The notes under the pieces are model-generated. The model made no database searches, was not told where the DNA came from, and worked only from the letters and a program-made list of their open reading frames with translations. The translations under genes and the position numbers were made by a program. A stretch of 64,000 nt of DNA from Patescibacteria group bacterium (GTDB lineage Bacteria; Patescibacteriota; Minisyncoccia; Ryanbacterales; GWA2-47-10b), in contig JBBTQY010000008.1 of NCBI GenBank assembly GCA_038065475.1, positions 6,562-70,561 on the forward strand, read 5' to 3'. Of the stretch, positions 9,934 through 19,355 are shown piece after piece. Every line of letters begins with the position of its first letter. Positions within the stretch are counted from its first letter, which is position 1.

Positions 9934-10515
9934 TTAGGAGTAACACATGCGGCGTTGACCATATTCGACTACCTCTACCTCAACTCCTTTTTTGAGGCCA
10001 AACTTGCGGGCAGGCTTGAGCTCGGGCATCCAGATATCGACGCGCTGTTTGTAGCGCTCATTCATACAGTCTTCGACCACAAACTCCTGTTCGCCGAAAA
10101 GCTTGGGGAATCGGAGCTTGGTACCGAGCGGAAACTTGTTTGACGCGACAATACCCCATTGTACGCGTTTACCAGACGCCGTTTCAAAAGGCGTACTGTC
10201 AGTTTCCTCTGGACGTGAAGTGTAAGCGCTCACAGCAAGTTGATGCGTGCGCGCAGATGGACGCACCCCAATATCCAATCCCTCTTGAGGGATTGGTTCT
10301 TGGGGTTGGGTGTACGTAACTCTCCTCGGAGACGATGTGTGCCAGGAGATGTTCTCCATCTTCAAAACGGGATATTCAGCGAGCGGACGGAGCGGCTTAT
10401 GCGGCCGCAGTGCCATCGGCTGAATCTGATGGGGAATTTCTTCTAGCTGCGAGAGTTGACGCGCCTCTACGTCAGATACTCCAAAAACGAGTATCAAAAG
10501 CAGAATCGCAAACAC
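9934..10515 (-). CDS. 3D-domain (MltA-like double-psi beta-barrel) secreted protein
   Basis: C-terminal WGIVASNKFPLGTKLRFP...VVEDCMN 3D-domain signature. Start reassigned to the GTG preceded by AAGGAGG at 6 nt, giving a signal peptide VFAILLLILVFGVSDVEA; the track ATG at 10623 would overlap the upstream gene. Confidence 0.7.
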   Translation of the reverse strand: MFAILLLILVFGVSDVEARQLSQLEEIPHQIQPMALRPHKPLRPLAEYPVLKMENISWHTSSPRRVTYTQPQEPIPQEGLDIGVRPSARTHQLAVSAYTSRPEETDSTPFETASGKRVQWGIVASNKFPLGTKLRFPKLFGEQEFVVEDCMNERYKQRVDIWMPELKPARKFGLKKGVEVEVVEYGQRRMCYS

Positions 10516-10553
10516 GTAGTTCCTCCTTCTTGTTCCTCTTGAGTGTACTGATT

Positions 10554-10937
10554 CTAGTGTGAGTATAGCACGGTTTTCTCTTGTGTCAAGATACCGGGCT
10601 GCCACAAATCCTGCCGGAAGCACCTGACACCGGGGGTTTCGATATCTCGTACCTCCTCTATGGGCAAGTCATGCGCAAAAAAAAGCGGGGTCAGGCGCAA
10701 CGCTTCATCATCAAAACTCATCCCGTCAGGTAACGAAAAAGAAAGAAAGTATTGATCTCCCTGATCAGTAATATTGCGCGTAAAACAAAGCTTGATACCT
10801 GACAAAAATTCTGCGCGATGCCTTTCGTGCGGAGCGTCTGCGCACACATCAATCGGATATTCATCGGCCGCGCGACGTAAGCGCTCAGCGAGCGCCAATA
10901 CTTCTTCAGAATGTTCAAAAAGACTAGGGATCTTCAT
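10554..10937 (-). CDS. hypothetical protein
   Basis: Start taken at the internal ATG (MKIPSLFEHSEE) so that it does not overlap the upstream gene. Confidence 0.45.
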   Translation of the reverse strand: MKIPSLFEHSEEVLALAERLRRAADEYPIDVCADAPHERHRAEFLSGIKLCFTRNITDQGDQYFLSFSLPDGMSFDDEALRLTPLFFAHDLPIEEVRDIETPGVRCFRQDLWQPGILTQEKTVLYSH

Positions 10938-10996
10938 GAAGTCATTGTAATAAAAAACCAAAAAGAAAAAAGAGGGGTCACGTTGTAACCTCTCTT

Positions 10997-11350
10997 CTAG
11001 TGAATATCCTTCTCCGCTTCTGCCTTTTCGTAGCGCGCCATCCAATCCAGAAGTTTTGAAAAATTCTTCTCCTCCTCTGGCCTTGCAAGATCAGCGTGCA
11101 AGAGCTTCTGTAAAACGTCGTCGAGATCTGCCGCCTCAACTTCATCAAGCTTAAGTTTCTCCTTCCCGTTTGCCATAAGCTTCAAGATAAGCTCGTTTAC
11201 CTCAAGCGTTTCGCGAAACCGCATGCCTTGCTGATCCCGTGCCTCACCTGTCTGGTAGAGTCTTCGAATGCGGTCTTCAATATCAAGAACATCTCTGCGA
11301 TGTTGCTGCATCCTCGCATCCCCCTCGCCGTGAAATTCTGGGTGCTCCAT
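10997..11350 (-). CDS. hypothetical coiled-coil protein
   Basis: Charged, heptad-rich 117 aa ORF. Confidence 0.45.
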   Translation of the reverse strand: MEHPEFHGEGDARMQQHRRDVLDIEDRIRRLYQTGEARDQQGMRFRETLEVNELILKLMANGKEKLKLDEVEAADLDDVLQKLLHADLARPEEEKNFSKLLDWMARYEKAEAEKDIH

Positions 11351-11391
11351 AGAACTGATTTAATCTAATAGTATTCCTTACCTATAAAATA

Positions 11392-11970
11392 TCAACGACG
11401 CCTGTCGAGGGCCACACCAAGTCCAAGCCCCATGCCCGCCTGCCAACAGATATAGAGTGTAAAAATCTGCTTTTGATACCAAAGCTCTGAAGCTGGGTCG
11501 CCCAAAAACCATGCAAGACCGAGGATAGCACCAAAAAATATAAGAATGCCGAGCTCTTTTAACTCAAGACCGAACAGTAAAATGCTAAACGACGCAAGCA
11601 TGACAAACGCACCAGCTCCACCAGCAATCAAAAACTCACCGTACGAGGGAGCTGTGTTGGTACCTTCTATCAAAAGTTGAACGGTTTTAACGGCGAGAAA
11701 ATAGCCTGCAGTTGAGCCTGCGATCCACAACGGCAAACGAAAAAGTAGTGTCATCTCACGATCACGACGCATCAATATCCCAAGAGCGATAAAGACACCG
11801 AAGATAATACCTGCTGCATACCAGGATGCATCATTCCACTGATAATAATTTTGGAGCGCGTCTGTTGCGATCGCTGAAAGAAATCCTGAGAGTGTCCCTA
11901 GCAGGCCAAACATGAGAGTATTACCAACCTTCATATATAGATAGTGTAGAGCTGCCACTTGTAGGGACAA
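11392..11970 (-). CDS. hypothetical polytopic membrane protein
   Basis: About six TM helices. Confidence 0.5.
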   Translation of the reverse strand: MSLQVAALHYLYMKVGNTLMFGLLGTLSGFLSAIATDALQNYYQWNDASWYAAGIIFGVFIALGILMRRDREMTLLFRLPLWIAGSTAGYFLAVKTVQLLIEGTNTAPSYGEFLIAGGAGAFVMLASFSILLFGLELKELGILIFFGAILGLAWFLGDPASELWYQKQIFTLYICWQAGMGLGLGVALDRRR

Positions 11971-12141
11971 TGCACAAACAGAAAACCCCTCGCCTTTCGG
12001 CTAGGGGTTCGCTGCTCTCTGTGTTCTCGTGGTTTCAGGCCGATATGTCCGATTGGTTACGGAGCGACGGCCACAGAAGAGGTACCTTTTCAGTGTATCA
12101 AACCGCTACCCACACGTCAAGGGCCCTGGGGATACCGCCTA

Positions 12142-12447
12142 TTAATCCTTTTTATCGAGCCGGTCGAGACCTATCCATTTGACCCCAAAATATACCACGA
12201 AGGCAATGACCGTAAAATCAATGAGCGTACTTACAAAATTACCAAGCCCGAGCGACACGGGGCCAAGCGCGAGCTTGGCATCTTTGAGATTTCCCGCAGC
12301 CCCCAGCGCTACGCCAATGATGGGATTGACCAGATCATTGACCACGGAGCTAACTACTTTTGATACAGCACCACCCAAGATAAACCCGACAGCAAGTCCT
12401 ACTACCCCCTGCTTGCGAACAAAATCAAGAAACCCCTTAAAGTGCAT
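12142..12447 (-). CDS. mscL: large-conductance mechanosensitive channel
   Basis: MscL TM1 signature GVVGLAVGFILGGAVSKVVSSVVNDLVNPIIG and TM2 region; 101 aa. Confidence 0.85.
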   Translation of the reverse strand: MHFKGFLDFVRKQGVVGLAVGFILGGAVSKVVSSVVNDLVNPIIGVALGAAGNLKDAKLALGPVSLGLGNFVSTLIDFTVIAFVVYFGVKWIGLDRLDKKD

Positions 12448-12453
12448 GATCGG

Positions 12454-12690
12454 CTAGCGCTCGCCAAATGGAGAGATGTCTTTGAGAATCTGCTGCGGGG
12501 TTGGCGTATTTTCAAACCCCTGGTCGAGAAGAAGATTGTTGATATAGTAGAGAGCCAACATCCAAATAATCGTAGACGTGATAACACCTACCACGAAACC
12601 GCTCAGAGCTGAGGCAACCAATTGCCCGAGCTTAAATGCATATTTTTGCTTGTCATCAGAGACAAACGCCTTTCTCAAGGATGTGTACAT
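12454..12690 (-). CDS. small membrane protein
   Basis: Two TM helices; upstream of mscL on the same strand. Confidence 0.35.
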   Translation of the reverse strand: MYTSLRKAFVSDDKQKYAFKLGQLVASALSGFVVGVITSTIIWMLALYYINNLLLDQGFENTPTPQQILKDISPFGER

Positions 12691-12819
12691 AGAACGTATA
12701 AAAAATAAATAATAAAAAAGCTTTAAAAGCTACCTAAAGCTAGTATACCAAGAAATTTCATCGGTAAAGAGCCAAGATAGTGGATAGCGACAATAAATAA
12801 GTCGTTGTATTCTAACGAG

Positions 12820-13483
12820 TCATCTCTGTTTTAATTCTGTATAGCCAAGATATTTCAGTTTTGCCTCCGCTATCATGTTGGCAATAGCTTTCGCCTCTTT
12901 CGATCGCGAGTGCCCTGGATGATATTTTCTCATAAGTATACCGAGTTTTTTATCATCGCCGTCCTTTATTCCTCGAAAAAACTCTCTATCTACAAGACGC
13001 TGTATGTACCTCTTATATTTTTTGCGATTTGGGTTGTTATGAAATGAAGATAATTTTGTTGGTATACCAGCAAAAAAGACTTTATATCCGCTTCCAAATA
13101 CCCTTTTCATCGTCCACCTACATCTCGCTTCGTGCCCGCTTGTGGTAATAATAAGAACATTTTTCCATATGGGATTTTTTTCTAAAGATTTGTTTTGAGA
13201 AATAAAAATTCCCTATAGTATCTCTGGACTTACGCTCAACATAAACAAGCTTTTTAGAAACACCGTGTTTAATTAGATAGTTTTGCATAACATCGGCTTC
13301 TTTGTACTTTGGTATAAATTTCATCCACGTGCTATACCCTCCGCTAACTATGATGGGAGTTTCTGTATATTTCTTATAGAGTTTTACGAAAGCCTCTAGT
13401 CTTTCCTTGGTATATAAAACGGGTTTGAGCGTCCCATCCGTTCCACCGCCGAGAATGATAATAACGTCTGGTTTCATAACCAA
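12820..13483 (-). pseudogene. DUF218 (YdcF/SanA-like) gene split by a +1 frameshift in an A7 run
   Basis: The N-terminal ORF has VIIILGGGTDG...IIVSGG (DUF218). Reading the AAAAAAA run at about 13172-13178 as A6 fuses it to the ORF at 12820..13110 and restores NVLIITTSGHEAR, the conserved DUF218 LVTSxxHxxRA-like motif. Confidence 0.6.
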
Positions 13484-13577
13484 ACACTACCACAAAAGTT
13501 ATATTGGACTCTATTTAGGATCGCGAATGCGGTGGTATTATAACTTTTCTCAATGATATACTTATTCTATAAATAAT

Positions 13578-13931
13578 ATGATTGAAACAAAAAGAATACA
13601 TGGGGGCCTCACTGGCCTTATGATTGGCAGTATACTCGGAATCATAATTACAGTTATCGCCTTCAGCTGTTTTGTTTGTGGATTCCTTTTAAGTCTTTCG
13701 AGCTTCTTCTCTCCACAGACTCTCTTAACGCCATTCTTTAATGGGACTGCATACTATGACAGCTTTACGCGCTATATCCTTTCATCGTTTGCTCTCTACA
13801 GTATATTAGGATTTCTCTTTGGATTTATTATTGGCAAAAAATCTCCTCCAGACAAAACTCTTAAAAGAATCTTTTATGTTGCACTGGCTATAATAGTGCT
13901 TAGTAGCATCTTCGTACCCCCAGAGCTATAA
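13578..13931 (+). CDS. hypothetical membrane protein (cassette)
   Basis: Three TM helices; flanked by array repeats. Confidence 0.45.
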   Translation: MIETKRIHGGLTGLMIGSILGIIITVIAFSCFVCGFLLSLSSFFSPQTLLTPFFNGTAYYDSFTRYILSSFALYSILGFLFGFIIGKKSPPDKTLKRIFYVALAIIVLSSIFVPPEL

Positions 13932-14021
13932 GTACTGTCTTAAGGATTTACTTGAAGCTCTCTTTCCAAAAATAAAAAGAGATGCTAGCCTTTAGCTTGA
14001 AACAACAAACGGGAGGCGAAT

Positions 14022-14480
14022 ATGAACTCGCTCGTGAAAAAATATGTGGAAGCCGGCCGTCCCTTTCAGATGGGACTAATCTTGAGCTTTTTGTATAGAG
14101 GATTGCGGTTCGCAGAAGAAACCGCACCCCTATACGCTCAGCTCATGGACCTCACTGGGATGTGCATCGTCGCTCTCTACATGATCTTGATCTATGGTTC
14201 GCGGGGCAGACACAACCTCATCACTACGGGCCTCTTCAAGTACACGCGGCACCCAATGTATACGGGATTCGTACTCATCGAGTTTCGCTTCTGGTTCGCA
14301 CACCAATATCCGTGGGACTTCTGGGTATCGGCGGTGATCTTCTGGGGCTCGATCATCACGGCTGGCCTCATACAAGAAAAGGAAACTCTCGCAAAATTCG
14401 GGCCAGAGGCGGAAGAATACTACAAGAAAACTCCTCGGATTTTCCTCTTCTACCCACTCAAGAAGCTAGCGACACAATAA
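14022..14480 (+). CDS. isoprenylcysteine carboxyl methyltransferase (ICMT)/PEMT-family membrane methyltransferase (cassette)
   Basis: TGLFKYTRHPMYTG motif, the RHPxY signature of ICMT/phospholipid methyltransferases. Confidence 0.7.
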   Translation: MNSLVKKYVEAGRPFQMGLILSFLYRGLRFAEETAPLYAQLMDLTGMCIVALYMILIYGSRGRHNLITTGLFKYTRHPMYTGFVLIEFRFWFAHQYPWDFWVSAVIFWGSIITAGLIQEKETLAKFGPEAEEYYKKTPRIFLFYPLKKLATQ

Positions 14481-14624
14481 CCTCTGTCGCTTTTTTATTT
14501 GGGTCACAAGTACAGAGGTTATTATAAATTTACTCCAAGAAAAAGAATTTTTAGTGTACATCTCAAGGACCCTTTGTAGAATTGACCTTATCTATGCTAG
14601 TTTCTCTGCAGAAGGAGGTCTTCA

Positions 14625-14939
14625 GTGCCCATAAAATATGCTCCGAGAAAAAAGGATATTCTTCTCGTAAAAGCCTTCTTGGCCATACGAGCAGGACTCC
14701 ATTCAATGGACGAATCCACACGACAATCGATGTCAACGAATCCAGAAATGAAACCTGGATACGAAGCCATGCGAGAAGCTGAACGTGAAATGGAAAGATG
14801 GGTAAGAAGTATCGTCTGTCGCACAGCCGGAAAAATCTGTGGAAGTAAGGAGTGGATAGCAGCTGGTCCCTGCGAATGCACTAACTGCCAAATATACCTC
14901 GACATGCTTCCGCATGAACACCTCCATTTCTCTCAATAG
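14625..14939 (+). CDS. hypothetical Cys-rich protein (cassette)
   Basis: GTG start 6 nt after GAAGGAGG; CRTAGKICGSKEW..PCECTNC; terminator gccaatc/gattggc plus T-run follows. The antisense track ORF is rejected. Confidence 0.5.
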   Translation: MPIKYAPRKKDILLVKAFLAIRAGLHSMDESTRQSMSTNPEMKPGYEAMREAEREMERWVRSIVCRTAGKICGSKEWIAAGPCECTNCQIYLDMLPHEHLHFSQ

Positions 14940-14957
14940 AAGAAGGTCGTCAACTAC

Positions 14958-14985
14958 GCCAATCAGAATACGATTGGCTTTTTTA
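14958..14985 (+). terminator. rho-independent terminator
   Basis: gccaatcagaatacgattggc followed by ttttttatt. Confidence 0.6.
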
Positions 14986-15061
14986 TTTAAAAGGTCCGAT
15001 TAAGTTCTATTTGGGGTCGTCCGCCTCGGTGAGCTCGGCGAGACGGGCGAGTGCTGTGGCA

Positions 15062-15481
15062 TTATACCTTTGCTTTCGGGTCCTTCTTTGTAACAATAAC
15101 CCATTCAGTCTCTCCTGGTAATCTCCTTTGAAAGGCGGCTTTTGCTGGATTTATGCTCGGATAGTTAGCCCACGGATTCATCCAGCCCCTTGGAGTTTTC
15201 AATAGAAAATGTCCTTGAGAATATTTCTTTGAGCGCTTTATAAATACAATCGTGCCTGGCAAATATTTTTTTTGACTCCATCTTTTAGACGAGCATCCCT
15301 TAGTGATTATATTTACTTTAGAAAGAGCGCTTACAATATCTTTGTTATAGAAACCAACCGTATACTCTTTAAGCCTTCCATTGCTAAAGTGACTTCTCAT
15401 TTTCTTATAAGTCAAATCTGAGAGTGATGCTGCACACGCAATCGCACACCCCATCGGAGCTTCCTGGGCTACCAATTTCAT
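15062..15481 (-). CDS. putative papain-fold (C39-like) cysteine peptidase domain protein (cassette)
   Basis: N-terminal GCAIACAAS Cys motif and a later His (QGHFLL); weak assignment. Confidence 0.35.
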   Translation of the reverse strand: MKLVAQEAPMGCAIACAASLSDLTYKKMRSHFSNGRLKEYTVGFYNKDIVSALSKVNIITKGCSSKRWSQKKYLPGTIVFIKRSKKYSQGHFLLKTPRGWMNPWANYPSINPAKAAFQRRLPGETEWVIVTKKDPKAKV

Positions 15482-15726
15482 ATCATCATAGTAGTTTTTA
15501 TATTTTTATTATCAAGAAAGGTTCGATCCCCACTAGCCTGTCGAAAATCGAAAAGACGTTGCCAGATAGCAACTTTAGTTATATTAGATTTTCTTTTAGG
15601 GTCGCGAGTGCGGTGGTATTATGAATTTTCTACCAACATTAAAAACACTTCATTTTATAACACGCTTGCAAGAATGTATGACTTCCATTAATACTAAAGA
15701 TGGAATCTCTCGCGAGGAAGGAGTAA

Positions 15727-15873
15727 ATGACTGTGCCGAAGAAAAACCCGAAGTCTCGACTGCAATGGTCAGCTAAAGATGAAAAGAAATTCAAGCATAC
15801 ACTCAAGCGATTGAGTAGGGAGGTTGTTCGCGAAATTGTTACTCGTGCCAAGCAACGAAAAAAGAAAAAATAA
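15727..15873 (+). CDS. small basic protein, 48 aa (cassette)
   Basis: ATG after GGAAGGAG; MTVPKKNPKSRLQWSAKDEKKFKHTLKRLSREVVREIVTRAKQRKKKK; absent from the track because it is under 60 aa. Confidence 0.35.
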   Translation: MTVPKKNPKSRLQWSAKDEKKFKHTLKRLSREVVREIVTRAKQRKKKK

Positions 15874-15995
15874 CACGCCACCGTACGGTTCGCCCTGCGG
15901 TTCTTTTTTTTAGAAGATTATATTAAATTCTATTTGGGGTCGTCCGCCTCGGTGAGCTCGGCGAGACGGGCGAGTGCGGTGGTATTATACCCTTC

Positions 15996-16736
15996 TTAAA
16001 AGCTCCTATGCTTTTTTAAAGATTTTAACCAAGCCAAGGTTACCTTAAAAAGTTCTTCTTGCTTGCCTTCTTCAGCAAAATTATGGCCAGCTCCTTTGAT
16101 TACCGAGAGCGACTTCGGATTGTTTGCTGATTTATACATCTTCTTACCACCACCAATTAAAACTCCCTTGCCTGCAAGAATTATCTTTATAGGTGCTTGT
16201 ATTTTTTTGATAAGATCCAGAGAATCAACGGTTTTTGACTCTCGAATCAATTCCTCTCTTAACACCACTTCGAAACCTTCGTTTAATATCCTGCCATTTA
16301 TCGCTTTAATAAATTTACATCCGTAAAAGAACTTTACGATTACTGGCATATAAGAACCGTCCCAAAATATAACCCCGTCAAAATCTTTTTTTGCTGAGCT
16401 CAAAATGGATGGAGCTCCATAGCTGTGCCCGACTACAAAAATCTTTTTTGCTCCATTCTTTCTAAGATAATCGACAACAGTATCGATATCTTGCCCGTGA
16501 ATTTTGAGGGTGCATTCTCCCAAGTTGCGTGCGCCTTTTTGCCAATCATAAAGGTTGAAGCGAAATACAGAGAAACCATTCTTCTCAAAAAAACGAGCAG
16601 CATTGTAATGCATAGCTTCATCCATATGACCTGTCAGACCATGAACCAGAACAATCGTGGGCTTATTTAAAGAACCGCGGAGTTTTGCGTAAATAATCTT
16701 TTTATCTTTAGTTTTTAACCTAAGATTTTTTTCCAT
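15996..16736 (-). CDS. alpha/beta hydrolase (cassette)
   Basis: GHSYG nucleophile elbow (GxSxG), C-terminal His; alpha/beta fold length. Confidence 0.8.
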   Translation of the reverse strand: MEKNLRLKTKDKKIIYAKLRGSLNKPTIVLVHGLTGHMDEAMHYNAARFFEKNGFSVFRFNLYDWQKGARNLGECTLKIHGQDIDTVVDYLRKNGAKKIFVVGHSYGAPSILSSAKKDFDGVIFWDGSYMPVIVKFFYGCKFIKAINGRILNEGFEVVLREELIRESKTVDSLDLIKKIQAPIKIILAGKGVLIGGGKKMYKSANNPKSLSVIKGAGHNFAEEGKQEELFKVTLAWLKSLKKHRSF

Positions 16737-16888
16737 ATCACAACCGTAGCATAAAGGGTTCGATTCCCACTAGCCTATCGGAGATCGAAAAAGCGTTGCT
16801 AGATCGCAACTTCAGCTATATTAGTTTTTCTTTTGGGATCGCGAGTGCGGCGGTATTATAACTATTCTTGCTCAACTGAAAGCTTGTT

Positions 16889-17209
16889 TTAACTGAACGA
16901 CACCCCTCTTGTTTGTCCTTTCTCCAAAAAACGTTTTCGTTGGGATAAATAACTATCACCGCTCCCATAAAAAGCGAATTCTAAGACGACGTATCTAAAA
17001 GCGCGCCCAGGAGAATAAGTGAACGTTTTAGTTAGATCCTTATAAACCCATGTTCTTATCGGAATTTCTCCTATTAACCCAACTGCCAAAAATACTAAAG
17101 CTGGTAGCGAAAGAATGTCTCCGCGTTCTATGGCCCACCAGATTAAAGCAGTGGCTAATAGTATTATTCTAAAGTATATATATCCCCAGATGCCTCGCGT
17201 GGAAGTCAT
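16889..17209 (-). CDS. hypothetical membrane protein (cassette)
   Basis: Three TM helices. Confidence 0.45.
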   Translation of the reverse strand: MTSTRGIWGYIYFRIILLATALIWWAIERGDILSLPALVFLAVGLIGEIPIRTWVYKDLTKTFTYSPGRAFRYVVLEFAFYGSGDSYLSQRKRFLEKGQTRGVSFS

Positions 17210-17264
17210 ATTATCATCCTAAAATGGGTACAAAGTTTTTACTAGGGTCGCGAGTGCGGTGACA

Positions 17265-17672
17265 TTATAACATTGCTTTCCGAATCGCCTCTTTATAAAA
17301 TCTTGGCATATTGAGGTTTTCTACTTCTTCGAGTGAAAAAGGTTGGAACTCCGCCTTGCCCGCCTCTCCATCAATCTCAAACTCGCCAGTCTTTTTGAGA
17401 AGTTTGCAGAGGTATGAAACTACCAAAACACCAACAGATTCATCGGACGATTTTTGGATAGTATAAAGATACGTTTGGATGACATCTCCAACCTCCACCT
17501 CGAAACCGAGCTCTTCTTGCATCTCGCGTTTTACTGTATCAATTGGTTGTTCTCCTTCGTCGAGTTTGCCGCCTGGCAGCTCCCACTCGTTACGTTCGTT
17601 TTTACGAAGCCAAACCTTACCATCTTCGAAGACAATGCCCTTTACAGAAATGGGGACTTTGTATGTGCTCAT
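17265..17672 (-). CDS. NUDIX hydrolase (cassette)
   Basis: Nudix box GGKLDEGEQPIDTVKREMQEELG. Confidence 0.85.
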   Translation of the reverse strand: MSTYKVPISVKGIVFEDGKVWLRKNERNEWELPGGKLDEGEQPIDTVKREMQEELGFEVEVGDVIQTYLYTIQKSSDESVGVLVVSYLCKLLKKTGEFEIDGEAGKAEFQPFSLEEVENLNMPRFYKEAIRKAML

Positions 17673-17872
17673 GTGAGAATCCTAGCACGGAAGTTATATG
17701 AGATTCTATTTGTGGTGCCGTAGTAGAGGATGTTAGAACTGTGCTTGAGAGATTAAGTGAAGAGATTTATATACCGAATTTAATTGGAAAATGAAAACGC
17801 CACCTTTGATATAATCGCTGGTATTATAACCATCCTAAGCTACGCCCGTCTTTAAGATGATCCGTACGTCAT

Positions 17873-18514
17873 TCAATATAATTTTGAGTTGTCTCTTTTA
17901 TTTTGCTCTCGCCCTAAAGCTTCGTTTAATCGAGCAAGATATATTTTTGCCTGTTCGCGTTTTACGGGGTCAGCAACCGCATCAATCGCAAGAAAAAGTT
18001 TCTCACTATCAAATAAAACTTCAAACACTTCGTCTCGAGATTCAGACTCCTTGTACTGCCGCCAGGGCTCTACATTATCAAGATAAACTACATCTTCCTT
18101 TTCATTAAATGCAAAATTCATCCCCCCTTTATCAAATCTAATACCTGTATCATTCATCTTGTTTATAAACTCAATAACGCGAGGATCTCTTGCGCGTGCG
18201 TCTGCTTGTTCTTGTGCAAATGATATATCATCATCTGTTACATCAGATTTATTAACTAACATTTGCATTGCTTTATGCTCTTCGTCACGAGCTTTTTTTT
18301 CCTCAATAATACGATTGGGTTCTGAAGTAGATTGATGTAAATACGGAATATTGTCAGGAAATAGAATATATAAAATCTTTGCTAGATATCCTCTAGCTAT
18401 TACTTTATCCTTCTCAGCTTCCCGAAAGTATTCCTTTATAACACGGTCTGGGTGATACGGGTGTCCGTGAACAGTTTTATCGAACCCCTCCCCTAAAAAT
18501 TCTCCCTTTTCCAT
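17873..18514 (-). CDS. hypothetical protein with a kinase-like Gly-rich loop (cassette)
   Basis: FLGEGFDKTVHG resembles a P-loop-like kinase glycine loop; otherwise unassigned. Confidence 0.4.
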   Translation of the reverse strand: MEKGEFLGEGFDKTVHGHPYHPDRVIKEYFREAEKDKVIARGYLAKILYILFPDNIPYLHQSTSEPNRIIEEKKARDEEHKAMQMLVNKSDVTDDDISFAQEQADARARDPRVIEFINKMNDTGIRFDKGGMNFAFNEKEDVVYLDNVEPWRQYKESESRDEVFEVLFDSEKLFLAIDAVADPVKREQAKIYLARLNEALGREQNKRDNSKLY

Positions 18515-18619
18515 CTAAAAATTTTACCATAAAAAGTTCGATTAAGTTCTATTTAGGGTCGCTTGCTGGACGAGTTCAGAACTTTGGATTGGGCAAAAAT
18601 TGAGACAAAGCTCAAGTTA

Positions 18620-19201
18620 CTAAATCTTAGCTTTTAGATATGTATCCAGGTCTTTTTGCGAGTAAACGCCGATACCGCGTGTTGCCATAGGCTCATAATC
18701 TGAACCGCTAAAGAGCGTAGTATGAGAAAATGGTTTCTCAAAACTAATACCAGTAAGTCTCGCTAATCTTTCATAATATCCCCCAAGTTCATCAAGTCGT
18801 ACTTCCTGTATAAGCGTATACCTTGTATGTTCTGGAATGTCTATGTAACCAGATTTTTTTAATTCTTCGGCATTGTAAAATTTTTCTAAAAAATAATATG
18901 CATCGAGCAATTCATATTTCCATTGCGTTTGAATAAAATCGTCTCTAATTTGCTCCTTTATTCTTTTCGCCTCTTCCACATGAGAAAGAAAATCAGCTAT
19001 CGCCCTGCCGTTACGACTTGCGATAACGCTTATATGAAATTCTGGTTTTTCCTGGAGACCGCGAGTTGACGCTTCTTGCAAGATTCTTTCGGGAATTTCG
19101 GGCCGTGAAATTGCCAATAAGGCATTACAATTTTCTTCAAGAAAATTTGCCTTTTCAGGAATAAGTATATTCCTCTCTTTGCCATTTTCGGTTCTTTCCA
19201 T
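18620..19201 (-). CDS. 2H phosphoesterase superfamily protein (LigT/CPDase-like) (cassette)
   Basis: Two H-x-[ST]-x motifs: FHISVIA and SHTTLFS. Confidence 0.6.
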   Translation of the reverse strand: MERTENGKERNILIPEKANFLEENCNALLAISRPEIPERILQEASTRGLQEKPEFHISVIASRNGRAIADFLSHVEEAKRIKEQIRDDFIQTQWKYELLDAYYFLEKFYNAEELKKSGYIDIPEHTRYTLIQEVRLDELGGYYERLARLTGISFEKPFSHTTLFSGSDYEPMATRGIGVYSQKDLDTYLKAKI

Positions 19202-19355
19202 ACCAAAATGCTACCAGATTAGAACTGAGAAGTCTTTGCCCTGATTAAATATTTTTTGATTTATTGAATTAAATTCTCGTTTGAGTCGCGAGTGCGGTGG
19301 TATTATAAGCTTTTTAGGGATGGAAAATCTGCCTCATTTTTATTAAACTCCAAAT

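Noticed and set aside
9934-10623. ATG start at 10623 for the 3D-domain protein
   Set aside because: It would overlap the upstream gene by 70 nt and lacks an RBS. The GTG at 10515 has AAGGAGG at ideal spacing and yields a signal peptide.
11970-12182. 70-aa plus ORF, and a search for RNase P or SRP RNA in this gap
   Set aside because: The ORF has no RBS and runs antisense into mscL. The sequence ACAGAAAACCCC only loosely resembles RNase P CR-V, and the gap is too short for the GGUAAGAGCG and P4 elements.
14597-14905. Minus-strand 102-aa ORF antisense to 14625-14939
   Set aside because: It has no RBS, whereas the plus ORF has GAAGGAGG-N6-GTG and is followed by a terminator.
15639-15881. Minus-strand 80-aa ORF MACYFFFFRC..
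   Set aside because: It is low-complexity with no RBS, and overlaps a better plus-strand 48-aa ORF that has a GGAAGGAG RBS. Both remain uncertain.
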